DNA of 37,363 bases from assembly GCA_045614835.1 (NCBI GenBank), contig JAZLDP010000095.1, forward strand, positions 1-37,363, read 5' to 3'. Each line of letters begins with the position of its first letter. Position 1 is the stretch's first letter. Positions 20,120-28,450 of this stretch are shown here, in pieces. The DNA is from Clostridia bacterium. GTDB lineage: Bacteria > Bacillota > Clostridia > Christensenellales > UBA1242. A model generated the notes under the pieces. It ran no database searches, was not told where the DNA came from, and saw only the letters and a list, made by a program, of their open reading frames with translations. The position numbers and the translations under genes are program-made.

Positions 20120-20848
20120 TTATCTTAAAAAATACATTATAATACTAGCACTAACACTAGCATTCAAACTTTCTACATTGTTTTGCATAGGAATAGCAAC
20201 AATTTTGTCTGCTAACTCCCTAAGATTTTGATCAACACCTTGACCTTCATTGCCTATAATTAGAGCAATATTATCATCACCAACTTTTACCTTGTCAATC
20301 ACATCTCCATCCATATCAGCAGCATAGAATGTAAGATTATTTTTCTCTTTAATTTCTTTCAAAGAATTATAATCCACCTCTAAAAATTTCACCTTAAAGA
20401 CATATCCCATACTGGACCTAATAGCCTTAGTTGTATATGGATAAACCGAATTGATTGTAAGTATTGTATCGAACCCAAAAGCACAAGCACTTCTGATTAT
20501 CGAACCTAGATTACTTGGGTCTTGAATTCTATCTAAAATTAGACATTTTTTGTAATTAACTTCATTATTATTAGGTAATTTTGCAATAGCAAAAACACCA
20601 TCAGTCGTAACTGTAGAAGAAATGTGTTTTGCAAGTCTATCATCAATAACTTCAATTTTACATTTAAGTTTCGACACTTGGTCTAATTTACCCTTAGTAA
20701 CTAGAACCACCTCAACTAGACCTAATTCATAAATTTCCTTGACTAGTTTAACACTTTCAACGAAACATTTATTTTCAAGTCTTGAATATTTTTTTGACTG
20801 CAAATCAATACACTTTTTAATTAATTCATTATCTTTGCTAGTTATCAT
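20120..20848 (-). CDS. TrmH/SpoU family RNA methyltransferase
   Basis: Motifs LDRIQDPSNLGSIIRSA, IGNEGQG and ESLNASVSA. Confidence 0.93.
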   Translation of the reverse strand: MITSKDNELIKKCIDLQSKKYSRLENKCFVESVKLVKEIYELGLVEVVLVTKGKLDQVSKLKCKIEVIDDRLAKHISSTVTTDGVFAIAKLPNNNEVNYKKCLILDRIQDPSNLGSIIRSACAFGFDTILTINSVYPYTTKAIRSSMGYVFKVKFLEVDYNSLKEIKEKNNLTFYAADMDGDVIDKVKVGDDNIALIIGNEGQGVDQNLRELADKIVAIPMQNNVESLNASVSASIIMYFLR

Positions 20849-20875
20849 AAATTTACCTTTCTATAAACAAAGTTA

Positions 20876-20907
20876 AAACAAGTATACATATAATATATAC
20901 TTGTCTT
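20876..20907 (-). terminator. Hairpin after rplT
   Basis: Stem acaagtata/tatacttgt with a short U-run. Confidence 0.55.
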
Positions 20908-20924
20908 AATAAATCAATCTTAAA

Positions 20925-21281
20925 TTATTTTGCAAGTGCATCTTTAGCAGTAGCAACAAGACTAGCAAAAGCTTTCTCATCGCTGATAGCTAAATCAGCA
21001 AGAACCTTTCTGTTAAGGTCGATTTTAGCAACTTTTAGACCGTGCATAAATTGGCTGTAAGACATATCATTTTGTCTGCATCCAGCGTTAATTCTTGCAA
21101 TCCATAATTGTCTGAAATCTCTTTTCTTAAGTCTTCTACCAGTATAAGCATATTGACCAGCCTTCATAACAGCTTGTCTAGCTACTCTGTAAAGTTTGCT
21201 TCTAGCGCCCCAGTAACCTTTAGCACTTCTAAGAATCTTTCTTCTCTTCTTTAATGCGTTAACACTTCTCTTAATTCTCAT
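20925..21281 (-). CDS. rplT: 50S ribosomal protein L20
   Basis: Motifs [21 protein letters not shown] and [10 protein letters not shown]. Confidence 0.98.
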   Translation of the reverse strand: MRIKRSVNALKKRRKILRSAKGYWGARSKLYRVARQAVMKAGQYAYTGRRLKKRDFRQLWIARINAGCRQNDMSYSQFMHGLKVAKIDLNRKVLADLAISDEKAFASLVATAKDALAK

Positions 21282-21304
21282 AAAGTCTCCTCCTAATTAA
21301 TTGC

Positions 21305-21499
21305 TTACGCAGAAAGCAATCCTTTAATATTTTTCTCGTCAGCTTTTGAAACATAACCAGCTTTTCTAAGATGTCTCTTTCTTGATGGAGATTTCTTAGT
21401 TAGGATATGTCTTCTGTTCATTTTGTTTCTTTTGATTAATCCTGATTTTTTTAATTTAAATCTTTTCTTTGCACCTGTGTGTGTCTTTTGCTTAGGCAT
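21305..21499 (-). CDS. rpmI: 50S ribosomal protein L35
   Basis: [15 protein letters not shown]...[16 protein letters not shown]. Confidence 0.97.
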   Translation of the reverse strand: MPKQKTHTGAKKRFKLKKSGLIKRNKMNRRHILTKKSPSRKRHLRKAGYVSKADEKNIKGLLSA

Positions 21500-21518
21500 A
21501 ATTTTTCTCCTTGTATAA

Positions 21519-22031
21519 TTATTTTGTATTCTTTGGTGATAATACCATTACAATTTGTCTACCATTAATTTCAGGCTTAGAAGTAAGTTCTGCAACATCA
21601 GATAACATTTCATAGAACTTATCCATAATAGGTAGTCCCATTTGAGGATTAGCAAGTTGTCTACCGAACATTCTTAGAGACACTTTAACCTTATCTCCGT
21701 TTGTTAGGAACTTTCTTACATTCTTAGCTTTGAACTGCATATCATTATCAGCAATATTCATACTAAGTTGCATACCCTTAACTTCAGAAGTTTTTTGTTT
21801 TTTCTTAGCTTCTTTCTCTTTCTTAAGAGTATCAAATCTGTGTTTGCCATAATCCATAATTTTGCAAACTGGTGGAACTGCGTTAGGTGACATAAGCACC
21901 AAATCCAAGTTCTCCTCTTCAGCCTTTTGCATAGCTTCTTTATAAGAAACAATGCCTAATGCCTCGCCTTGACTTCCAATAAGTCTAACTTCGGTTGCTC
22001 TTATTTGTTCATTAATAAGTAACTCTTTAAT
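21519..22031 (-). CDS. infC: Translation initiation factor IF-3 (ATT start codon)
   Basis: Motifs [28 protein letters not shown] and GDKVKV. SD-like GGGGGT lies 8 nt before an in-frame ATT at 22031, the known non-canonical infC start. Confidence 0.95.
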   Translation of the reverse strand: MKELLINEQIRATEVRLIGSQGEALGIVSYKEAMQKAEEENLDLVLMSPNAVPPVCKIMDYGKHRFDTLKKEKEAKKKQKTSEVKGMQLSMNIADNDMQFKAKNVRKFLTNGDKVKVSLRMFGRQLANPQMGLPIMDKFYEMLSDVAELTSKPEINGRQIVMVLSPKNTK

Positions 22032-22063
22032 AGTGGTGTACCCCCAAAACATATTTATAGATT

Positions 22064-22186
22064 AAAAAAAGTGAGTAAACATATTACCCACTCCTCAACA
22101 AATAAATAAATAATTATTATCTATTATTAATAACCACATTAAAACGGAATTCAATGGGTGAGAAGTGGTCCTTCTTCTTTAAACTA
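22064..22186 (-). ncRNA. L20 leader (cis-regulatory attenuator)
   Basis: AGAAGAAGGACCACUUCUCACC...GAGGAGUGGGUAA..UUACUCACUUUUUUU, the Firmicute L20-leader pattern ending in a terminator, upstream of infC-rpmI-rplT. Confidence 0.85.
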
Positions 22187-22193
22187 CTAGATA

Positions 22194-22222
22194 ATTATAT
22201 ATATAAAACAACCCTTTGTCAA
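22194..22222 (-). promoter_or_regulatory. sigma-A promoter of the infC operon
   Basis: Perfect TTGACA-17-TATAAT. Confidence 0.85.
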
Positions 22223-22283
22223 TAGTTTTTCGCTAGTTTTATATACATTTTTATATTTATTATATATATTTAACATATTTAAT

Positions 22284-22313
22284 TATTGTTCAAGCATCTA
22301 TTGTTCAAGCATC
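22284..22313. repeat. 15-bp perfect tandem duplication at the spoIVB 3' end
   Basis: tattgttcaagcatc occurs twice (22284-22298 and 22299-22313). Confidence 0.9.
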
Positions 22314-23500
22314 CAATCAATATAAAGTCCAAATCCTTTAGTCGCATCATTTACAAACACATGAGTAACAGCACCAATAAGTTTGCCATTTTGAATTATA
22401 GGACTACCACTCATACCCTGAACAATTCCTCCGGTTCTTTCTATTAAATCTTCATCTGTAACACGAATAACCATACTTTTTTGGTTACTTGATGACTGAA
22501 AATTGGTTTTAATTATTTCAATATCAAATTCTTCTATTTTTTCTCCATCAATACAAGATAATATTGTTGCATCACCAGGACTGGCAGATAATCTCCCTCC
22601 TATTTCAATTGAGGTCTTATTTGCTGTAAATGTTTCTATATTATCTAAATAACCAAATACACCATACTCACAATTTTTATCCACACTTCCTTCAAGGTTT
22701 TCTCTACTAAAAGTACCCATAAGTTCACCAGCCTTACCAGAAGTACCTTTCTTAACGCCTAGAATTCTACCCTTATAAATATTGCCACCACTAATATCAA
22801 TTGGTTCAGTTGAACCATTTTCAGCAATAGCGTGACCAAGGGAGCCAAATCTTTTGGTTGTTGCATTAACAAATGTTAATGTACCAATACCCACAGCATC
22901 TTCTTTGACCCATAATCCTAGTTTGTAAGTATTGCTCATTTTATCAAGTGCAGGAAGAATTCCAACTTCCATAACATTACCACCACGCATAACAGTTAAT
23001 TTCAATTCTCTGCCATCATAACTATCTAATATGAAATTGATATCTTCAACAGAATTTATTTCGATACCATCAATATGGGTTATAACATCTCCTGCTTGAA
23101 GTCTGCTATTTTCAAAAGGTTTCATAATTCCATTATTTGATAAAATATAATTACCACCAATTAGTATTACACCCTTGGACTGAAGAGTAAATCCTAGAGA
23201 ATTTCCACCAGCAAAATATCTATTAGGCTCAATAACATTAACTCTAAGTTTTTTGATAGTAAATAAATCAAACAACTTAAAATCAACAAGATACTCTTGA
23301 ATATCTTCATTATCAGTCAAAGAAACTGTTTGTACATTTGGACTAATGAAAAAATTCGAATTAAGCATATCCTTAAACTCTGTTGAGGTAACATACATAT
23401 TATTCTCAAGAGACACATACAAATCATAAGGAAAAAATATTGAAGCAACTAAGAATATTGAGATAAGCAGAAAAAAACAAACTTTTTTCTTAATTCTCAT
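22298..23500 (-). CDS. spoIVB: SpoIVB peptidase (S55)
   Basis: PDZ domain; motifs LGLWVKEDAVGIGTLTF, FGSLGH and TGGIVQGMSGSPIIQNGKLIGAVTHVFVN; follows recN. Confidence 0.96.
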   Translation of the reverse strand: MRIKKKVCFFLLISIFLVASIFFPYDLYVSLENNMYVTSTEFKDMLNSNFFISPNVQTVSLTDNEDIQEYLVDFKLFDLFTIKKLRVNVIEPNRYFAGGNSLGFTLQSKGVILIGGNYILSNNGIMKPFENSRLQAGDVITHIDGIEINSVEDINFILDSYDGRELKLTVMRGGNVMEVGILPALDKMSNTYKLGLWVKEDAVGIGTLTFVNATTKRFGSLGHAIAENGSTEPIDISGGNIYKGRILGVKKGTSGKAGELMGTFSRENLEGSVDKNCEYGVFGYLDNIETFTANKTSIEIGGRLSASPGDATILSCIDGEKIEEFDIEIIKTNFQSSSNQKSMVIRVTDEDLIERTGGIVQGMSGSPIIQNGKLIGAVTHVFVNDATKGFGLYIDWMLEQ

Positions 23501-23563
23501 AAAAAATACTCCTAAAGAGAATAATCTTTAAGAGTATTTTGTTTAAATTTAATTAGTTTATTC
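23501..23563 (-). promoter_or_regulatory. RBS-sequestering hairpin/terminator with an overlapping sigma-F/G-type promoter
   Basis: Stem aaaatactc-ttaaaga / tctttag-gagtatttt contains the SD AGGAG. GAATA-17-CAAAATA has its -10 inside the 5' arm. Confidence 0.55.
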
Positions 23564-23609
23564 ATATATATGACTGACAAAATTTGCTAAAATTCTTAAT
23601 AAAATTTTG

Positions 23610-25319
23610 TTACATATTCTTTAAATAAGATTTATAACCATTAGAACTATCAATAATTTCTTTAGAATGACTAATAGAAGTTTCATTAATTGAACCACTT
23701 AACATTCTAGAAATCTCCAAAATTTTGTCTTCTTCATTTAATTTTTTAACCGAAGTAATAGTATTATTACCTTCATCATATTTTTCTATTTTGAAATTTG
23801 TATCACCAAAACTAGCAATTTGTGCTAGATGCGTAATACATATCACTTGATTAGTTCTAGAAATTTCACAAATCTTCTTTCCAACAACTCCACCAATCTC
23901 ACCGCCAATACCTGCATCAATTTCATCAAATATACAAGTTTTCTCTTGGTCATTATTTTGAAGAGATTTAAATGCCAACATAAACCTACTCATCTCACCG
24001 CCAGAAATAATTTTAGTAAGCGGTCTTGGCTCAACACCCAAGTTAGCACTAAATAAGAATTCTAAGTTATCTGCACCGTTACAATCAACAATGCTTTCAA
24101 TATTATCTATATTAATTTCATTATTAAATACAACTTCAAAGTTTGCATTTTTCATACCAAGTTCTCTTAACTCTTGTTCAAACTTAGCTTTGAAATTTTT
24201 AATCTCATTTATTCTAACTTGTCTTAATTTAGAACAAATATCAACCAGTCTAGATAAAAGTTCTTGTTTATTAAGTCTTAATCTTTCAAGTTCTTCTTCA
24301 GCATTATTAAGAAGATTTAATCTGTCGGACATTTTTTCTTTATATTCAAGAACCTCAGGAATAGTTTTACCATACTTTCTTTCAAGGTCTTTGATAAGCA
24401 TAAGTCTATCTTGAAGCATATCTAGTTCTTCTTCAGAATATACAACAGAATTTTTCTTATTGTCAATTTCAGATACAATATCTTGCATCTCATATCTAAG
24501 AGAATATAGTCTCTCTTTTAAACTGGACACATCACTATCCACACTCTCAATTGAAGTTAGACTATTAATAACAGTCTTAATTGCATTCTCTATACTATAT
24601 TCACCATCAAGAATCTGAGAAGCATTATCATAAGCAGAAACAATCTTCTCAAAATTCTGCATAGAAACAATTTTATTTTTTAATTCTTCCTCTAGCCCAT
24701 CATATAGATTTGCCTCATCAATTTCTTTAATTTGAAATTCAAGAAGTCGAATATTATTCTCTCTATCTTTATCAAGACCACCAAGTTCTCTAATTTGTGC
24801 ATTAATATTATGAAGTTCTTGCAAATACTCAGCCAAAGTATCTTTATGTTCTTGAAGGCTATCTTCGAACATAGCATCAAGCAAAGACAAATGATTATTA
24901 CTATCAAGAAGCATAAGGCTATCGTTTTGACCAAAGATATCAATAATTAGATTAGATATTTTTCTAACAATATTAAGAGTTACAAGTTCTCCGTTAATCC
25001 TACACTCATTTTTTCCACTTAGATTAAATTGTCTAGAAATAATAATAGTTCCTTCATTATCAAGTCCAACAGAATGCAGAATATCTGTAATATCTTGATT
25101 ATTAACATCAACAGAAAAAACTCCTTCAACTCTCGAGTACTCTTGACCAGATTTGATAAAAGTCTTATCAGCTCTAACACCAGTTAAAAATAGAAGTGCA
25201 TCAACAATCAATGATTTACCCGCACCAGTTTCACCAGTAAGCACATTAAAGCCACTGTCAAAAGCAATTGAAGAAGAACTAATCAAAGCAAAATTAGTTA
25301 TCTTAATATTCTCTAGCAT
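23610..25319 (-). CDS. recN: DNA repair protein RecN
   Basis: Motifs LTGETGAGKS, ISGGEMSRFMLA, IFDEIDAGIGG and CITHLAQIA. Confidence 0.97.
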   Translation of the reverse strand: MLENIKITNFALISSSSIAFDSGFNVLTGETGAGKSLIVDALLFLTGVRADKTFIKSGQEYSRVEGVFSVDVNNQDITDILHSVGLDNEGTIIISRQFNLSGKNECRINGELVTLNIVRKISNLIIDIFGQNDSLMLLDSNNHLSLLDAMFEDSLQEHKDTLAEYLQELHNINAQIRELGGLDKDRENNIRLLEFQIKEIDEANLYDGLEEELKNKIVSMQNFEKIVSAYDNASQILDGEYSIENAIKTVINSLTSIESVDSDVSSLKERLYSLRYEMQDIVSEIDNKKNSVVYSEEELDMLQDRLMLIKDLERKYGKTIPEVLEYKEKMSDRLNLLNNAEEELERLRLNKQELLSRLVDICSKLRQVRINEIKNFKAKFEQELRELGMKNANFEVVFNNEINIDNIESIVDCNGADNLEFLFSANLGVEPRPLTKIISGGEMSRFMLAFKSLQNNDQEKTCIFDEIDAGIGGEIGGVVGKKICEISRTNQVICITHLAQIASFGDTNFKIEKYDEGNNTITSVKKLNEEDKILEISRMLSGSINETSISHSKEIIDSSNGYKSYLKNM

Positions 25320-25381
25320 AAACATAACCTTTAAAAGATATTATTACTTTTCCATCAATCAAAATAATTTTATCAAAAAAC

Positions 25382-25414
25382 AAAAAAAAATACAATTAAA
25401 GCAATTGTATTTTT
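25382..25414 (-). terminator. Terminator between argR and recN
   Basis: Stem aaaaatacaatt/aattgtattttt plus a U-run. Confidence 0.6.
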
Positions 25415-25430
25415 AAAACATAATAACAAA

Positions 25431-25883
25431 TTAATCAAGTAGCGAACTCAACTTATCTTTTACAAATGTTGCATCTTCAGTATCAGTTGAAATAACCATA
25501 ACAGTATCATCACCATATGTACAACCAAGTACTTGAGGAAGTGCTAATTGGTCAACTAGTCCACTTACCATACCGGCAGTACCTTTGATAACTTTGACGA
25601 TAGTTAAATTCATTGCTGATTTTACAGAGATAACACACTCTTTAAAAATGTTAAGACATTTGTTAGATAGAGTTTGAATAGAAGCATTAACTACAGTGTA
25701 TTTGTATTTCTTGCTATCAGTTAGAATTTTTATCAACCCCAATTCTTTGATATCTCTACTGATAGTAGCTTGTGTTACATCAAAGTTAGCATTTCTTAGT
25801 GCAGTTACTAGTTCTTCTTGTGTTTCAATCTCTTGTAAAGATATAAGCTCTAGTATCTTAGATTGTCTAGAATTTCTCGCCAT
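25431..25883 (-). CDS. argR: Arginine repressor
   Basis: Motifs IETQEELV, VTQATISRDIKELGLIK and GDDT; precedes recN; SD GAGGTG. Confidence 0.95.
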   Translation of the reverse strand: MARNSRQSKILELISLQEIETQEELVTALRNANFDVTQATISRDIKELGLIKILTDSKKYKYTVVNASIQTLSNKCLNIFKECVISVKSAMNLTIVKVIKGTAGMVSGLVDQLALPQVLGCTYGDDTVMVISTDTEDATFVKDKLSSLLD

Positions 25884-25913
25884 TATATTTCCACCTCAAA
25901 ACTATAATTAATT

Positions 25914-26104
25914 TGTTATAGCAACCACTCCACCAGTAGTTGCTATTAACACTTCGTTTAACCATTTTAAAACCCATAATAGTTAAACATTATTGAAATA
26001 ACTTAAATGTTAAATCAATCAAACAATACTTAATGATACATAATCTGTCCCCCAACAAACTATTGTATCTATTGTTTTTTAATTCATCACATTAAGTAGT
26101 GATT
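25914..26104 (-). ncRNA. Candidate structured 5' leader RNA of argR
   Basis: Four consecutive hairpin domains with minus-strand G-U pairs, and crossing pairings 26090-26098/26027-26035 and 26070-26077/26021-26028. Confidence 0.45.
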
Positions 26105-26110
26105 GCTATA

Positions 26111-26139
26111 ATTATACAACAAGTTTTATCTTTATGCAA
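26111..26139 (-). promoter_or_regulatory. sigma-A promoter of argR
   Basis: TTGCAT-17-TATAAT. Confidence 0.7.
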
Positions 26140-26235
26140 GAGGTTTTTGAATATTTATTCATTTATTTTTTTATAAAAATTCACAACTTTGCATAAGAAA
26201 ATTTTAAAATGTATATTTATGCATAAAAATGTATA
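26125..26235. promoter_or_regulatory. ARG boxes (ArgR operators)
   Basis: ttTGAATAtttATTCAtt at 26146-26163; aaTGTATAtttATGCAta at 26208-26225; weaker boxes at 26125, 26190 and 26220. Confidence 0.75.
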
Positions 26236-26509
26236 ATGGCTATATTTGGTGGTTTTTTAAACATAAAATCATAAATTTTGATGTTTTGCATAGGTTTTAT
26301 ACATATTTTATGCATATTTATTAGATAAAAATTTTATTTTATTATTTTATAACAATCATATAATTTTAATTTTACACCGCCCCATTTTTATTTCGTGCAT
26401 AAAACAAAAAATCAATAATGTATAGAAACAATACCTCAATGAATAACTTAGTATAATATTTATTATATGTATATAGAACATATAATAAGTTATATATAAT
26501 ATATACAAC

Positions 26510-26541
26510 AAAAAAACATCATACCAATAAGTATGATGCTT
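26510..26541 (-). terminator. Terminator after proS
   Basis: Stem catcatac/gtatgatg with a U-run. Confidence 0.8.
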
Positions 26542-26556
26542 TATTTTTTATTAAAA

Positions 26557-28233
26557 CTATTTTTTAAATCTTGCAACTAAGTCAGCAGTTGTGATTTCAA
26601 CTTTGTCAAGAGTAGACCTGTTGATTAATTCAACAACACCATCTTTAGCACCCCTACCTACAATTGCAATATATGGAATACCGATAAGTTCAGCATCTTT
26701 AAGTTTTACACCAAAACTCTCTTTTCTATCATCAAGAAGAACTTCATCTCTATCATCAATTAGAGTATTGTACAATTCATTGGCAACTTGAGATTGAACT
26801 TCATCTTTTGAGTTTGCAACAACAATCTCAAGTGTATATGGAGCAACAATCTCTGGCCATACAATACCATTCTCATCACAGTTTTGTTCAACCAAAGCAC
26901 TAAATGTTCTACTTACACCGATACCATAACAACCCATAATCATATATTGTTCTTTGCCATTTTCATCTAAGAATTTACACTCAAGAGCTTTAGAATATTT
27001 TGTACCAAGTTTGAAGATATGTCCAACCTCAATACCTCTAACAGTTCTAACTGGCTCAGAACAATGAGGACATTTATCTCCAGCTCTCATAGTCTTAATA
27101 TCAGCAAAGTAATCAATCTTAAGGTCTGATAGATTTGCGTTGATATAATGATAATCCTTTTTATTAGCACCAATAACAAAGTTAACCATATTCTTAACAT
27201 CATTATCAGCAACAACAATAACATCGTGAAGGTCTTTTGCACCAACATAACCAGCAACAGAACCAATACCCTCAATCTCTTCTGGAGTAGCCATTTCAAG
27301 ATTAATAGCACCAATATTATTCTTTAACTTAACTTCTTCAACTTCTCTATCACCTCTAACAAGTGCAAGTACAACACCTTTGTCAGAAGAATAAACAACA
27401 GCCTTTAGGAAATTATCCTCAGTTGTATGTAAGAAGTTAACTAAATCTTCAATAGTCTTAGCTTCTGGAGTATGAACAAGAGACATATCAAGTTTTGCAA
27501 CTTCAGAATTGTCAACTTCTTCAAATACACAAGCAGCTTTTTCAGTATTAGCAGCATATCCGCAATCACAAACAATAATCTCATCTTCACCAATATCCGC
27601 TTTAACCATAAACTCAATTGAACCAGCACCACCCATAACACCGTTGTCTGCTTCAACTAAAGCAAAGTCAAGACCAAGCTTTGAGAAAACATTAATATAA
27701 GCTTCTTTCACTTTATCAAATGACTTATCCATATTCTCATAACTAGTATCATAAGAATAAGCATCTTTCATAATAAATTCTTTTGCTCTTTGTAGACCAA
27801 ATCTTGCTCTAATTTCATCTCTATATTTGTTTTGGATTTGATATAAAGTTACTGGTAATTGTTTGTAACTATTAATATTCTCTTTAACAAGATAAGTAAA
27901 AGGTTCTTCGTGAGTTGGACCAAGGCAATATTCTTTGCCTGTATTGTCTCTAAGTTTGTACATAGTAGAACCAAATGTATCTAGTCTATGTGCATAGATT
28001 TCTTGAGGAAGAAGAATTGGCATTTGAACCTCAATACTTCCACATTTGTTCATTTCATAACGAATAACATTTTTAATTTTTTCAAGCACCTTTAGACCCA
28101 TTGGTAAATAACTAAAAATACCATTACCCATTTGTCTAATAAAACCAGCTCTAACTAGCAACTTATGACTATTAATTTCTGCATTAGCTGGGTCTTCTCT
28201 AAATGTTTTAAAAAACATATTTGATAGTTTCAT
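26557..28233 (-). CDS. proS: Proline--tRNA ligase (bacterial type with INS editing domain)
   Basis: Motifs SHKLLVRAGFI, LGPTHEE, RAKEFIMKDAYS, RGIEVGHIFKLG and MGCYGIGVSR. Confidence 0.98.
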   Translation of the reverse strand: MKLSNMFFKTFREDPANAEINSHKLLVRAGFIRQMGNGIFSYLPMGLKVLEKIKNVIRYEMNKCGSIEVQMPILLPQEIYAHRLDTFGSTMYKLRDNTGKEYCLGPTHEEPFTYLVKENINSYKQLPVTLYQIQNKYRDEIRARFGLQRAKEFIMKDAYSYDTSYENMDKSFDKVKEAYINVFSKLGLDFALVEADNGVMGGAGSIEFMVKADIGEDEIIVCDCGYAANTEKAACVFEEVDNSEVAKLDMSLVHTPEAKTIEDLVNFLHTTEDNFLKAVVYSSDKGVVLALVRGDREVEEVKLKNNIGAINLEMATPEEIEGIGSVAGYVGAKDLHDVIVVADNDVKNMVNFVIGANKKDYHYINANLSDLKIDYFADIKTMRAGDKCPHCSEPVRTVRGIEVGHIFKLGTKYSKALECKFLDENGKEQYMIMGCYGIGVSRTFSALVEQNCDENGIVWPEIVAPYTLEIVVANSKDEVQSQVANELYNTLIDDRDEVLLDDRKESFGVKLKDAELIGIPYIAIVGRGAKDGVVELINRSTLDKVEITTADLVARFKK

Positions 28234-28243
28234 AATCTTTCTC

Positions 28244-28450
28244 CTAATCTAAACTTTCTTCTCTATAAGCATCTAAATCCTTCTTAATAACATTAACCTT
28301 ACCTTTAATTTCATTAAGCTCACCTAGACACTCTTTAGCAAGAGTTACACCTTGCTCGTACAATTTAACACCCTCATTAATACTTAAATTCGGGTCTTCC
28401 ATAGAAGCAACAATATCTTCTATTTTTTTCAAATTCTCATCTAATTTCAT
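28244..28450 (-). CDS. xseB: Exodeoxyribonuclease VII small subunit
   Basis: LDENLKKIEDIVASME...LSINEGVKLYEQGVTL; ATG overlaps the xseA stop. Confidence 0.92.
   Translation of the reverse strand: MKLDENLKKIEDIVASMEDPNLSINEGVKLYEQGVTLAKECLGELNEIKGKVNVIKKDLDAYREESLD

Noticed and set aside
25867-25977. 36-codon uORF (MGFKMVKRS...GEKF) overlapping the argR start
   Set aside because: It has no SD and is not Arg-rich; most likely a chance ORF within the structured leader.
26455-26510. AT-only palindromes downstream of the proS terminator
   Set aside because: Expected by chance in near-pure AT sequence.
25884-26556. Possible OLE RNA (similar size of gap and neighbourhood)
   Set aside because: There is no oapA gene, most of the gap is extremely AT-rich and looks unstructured, and it contains a promoter and ARG boxes. 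An Rfam scan would settle it.
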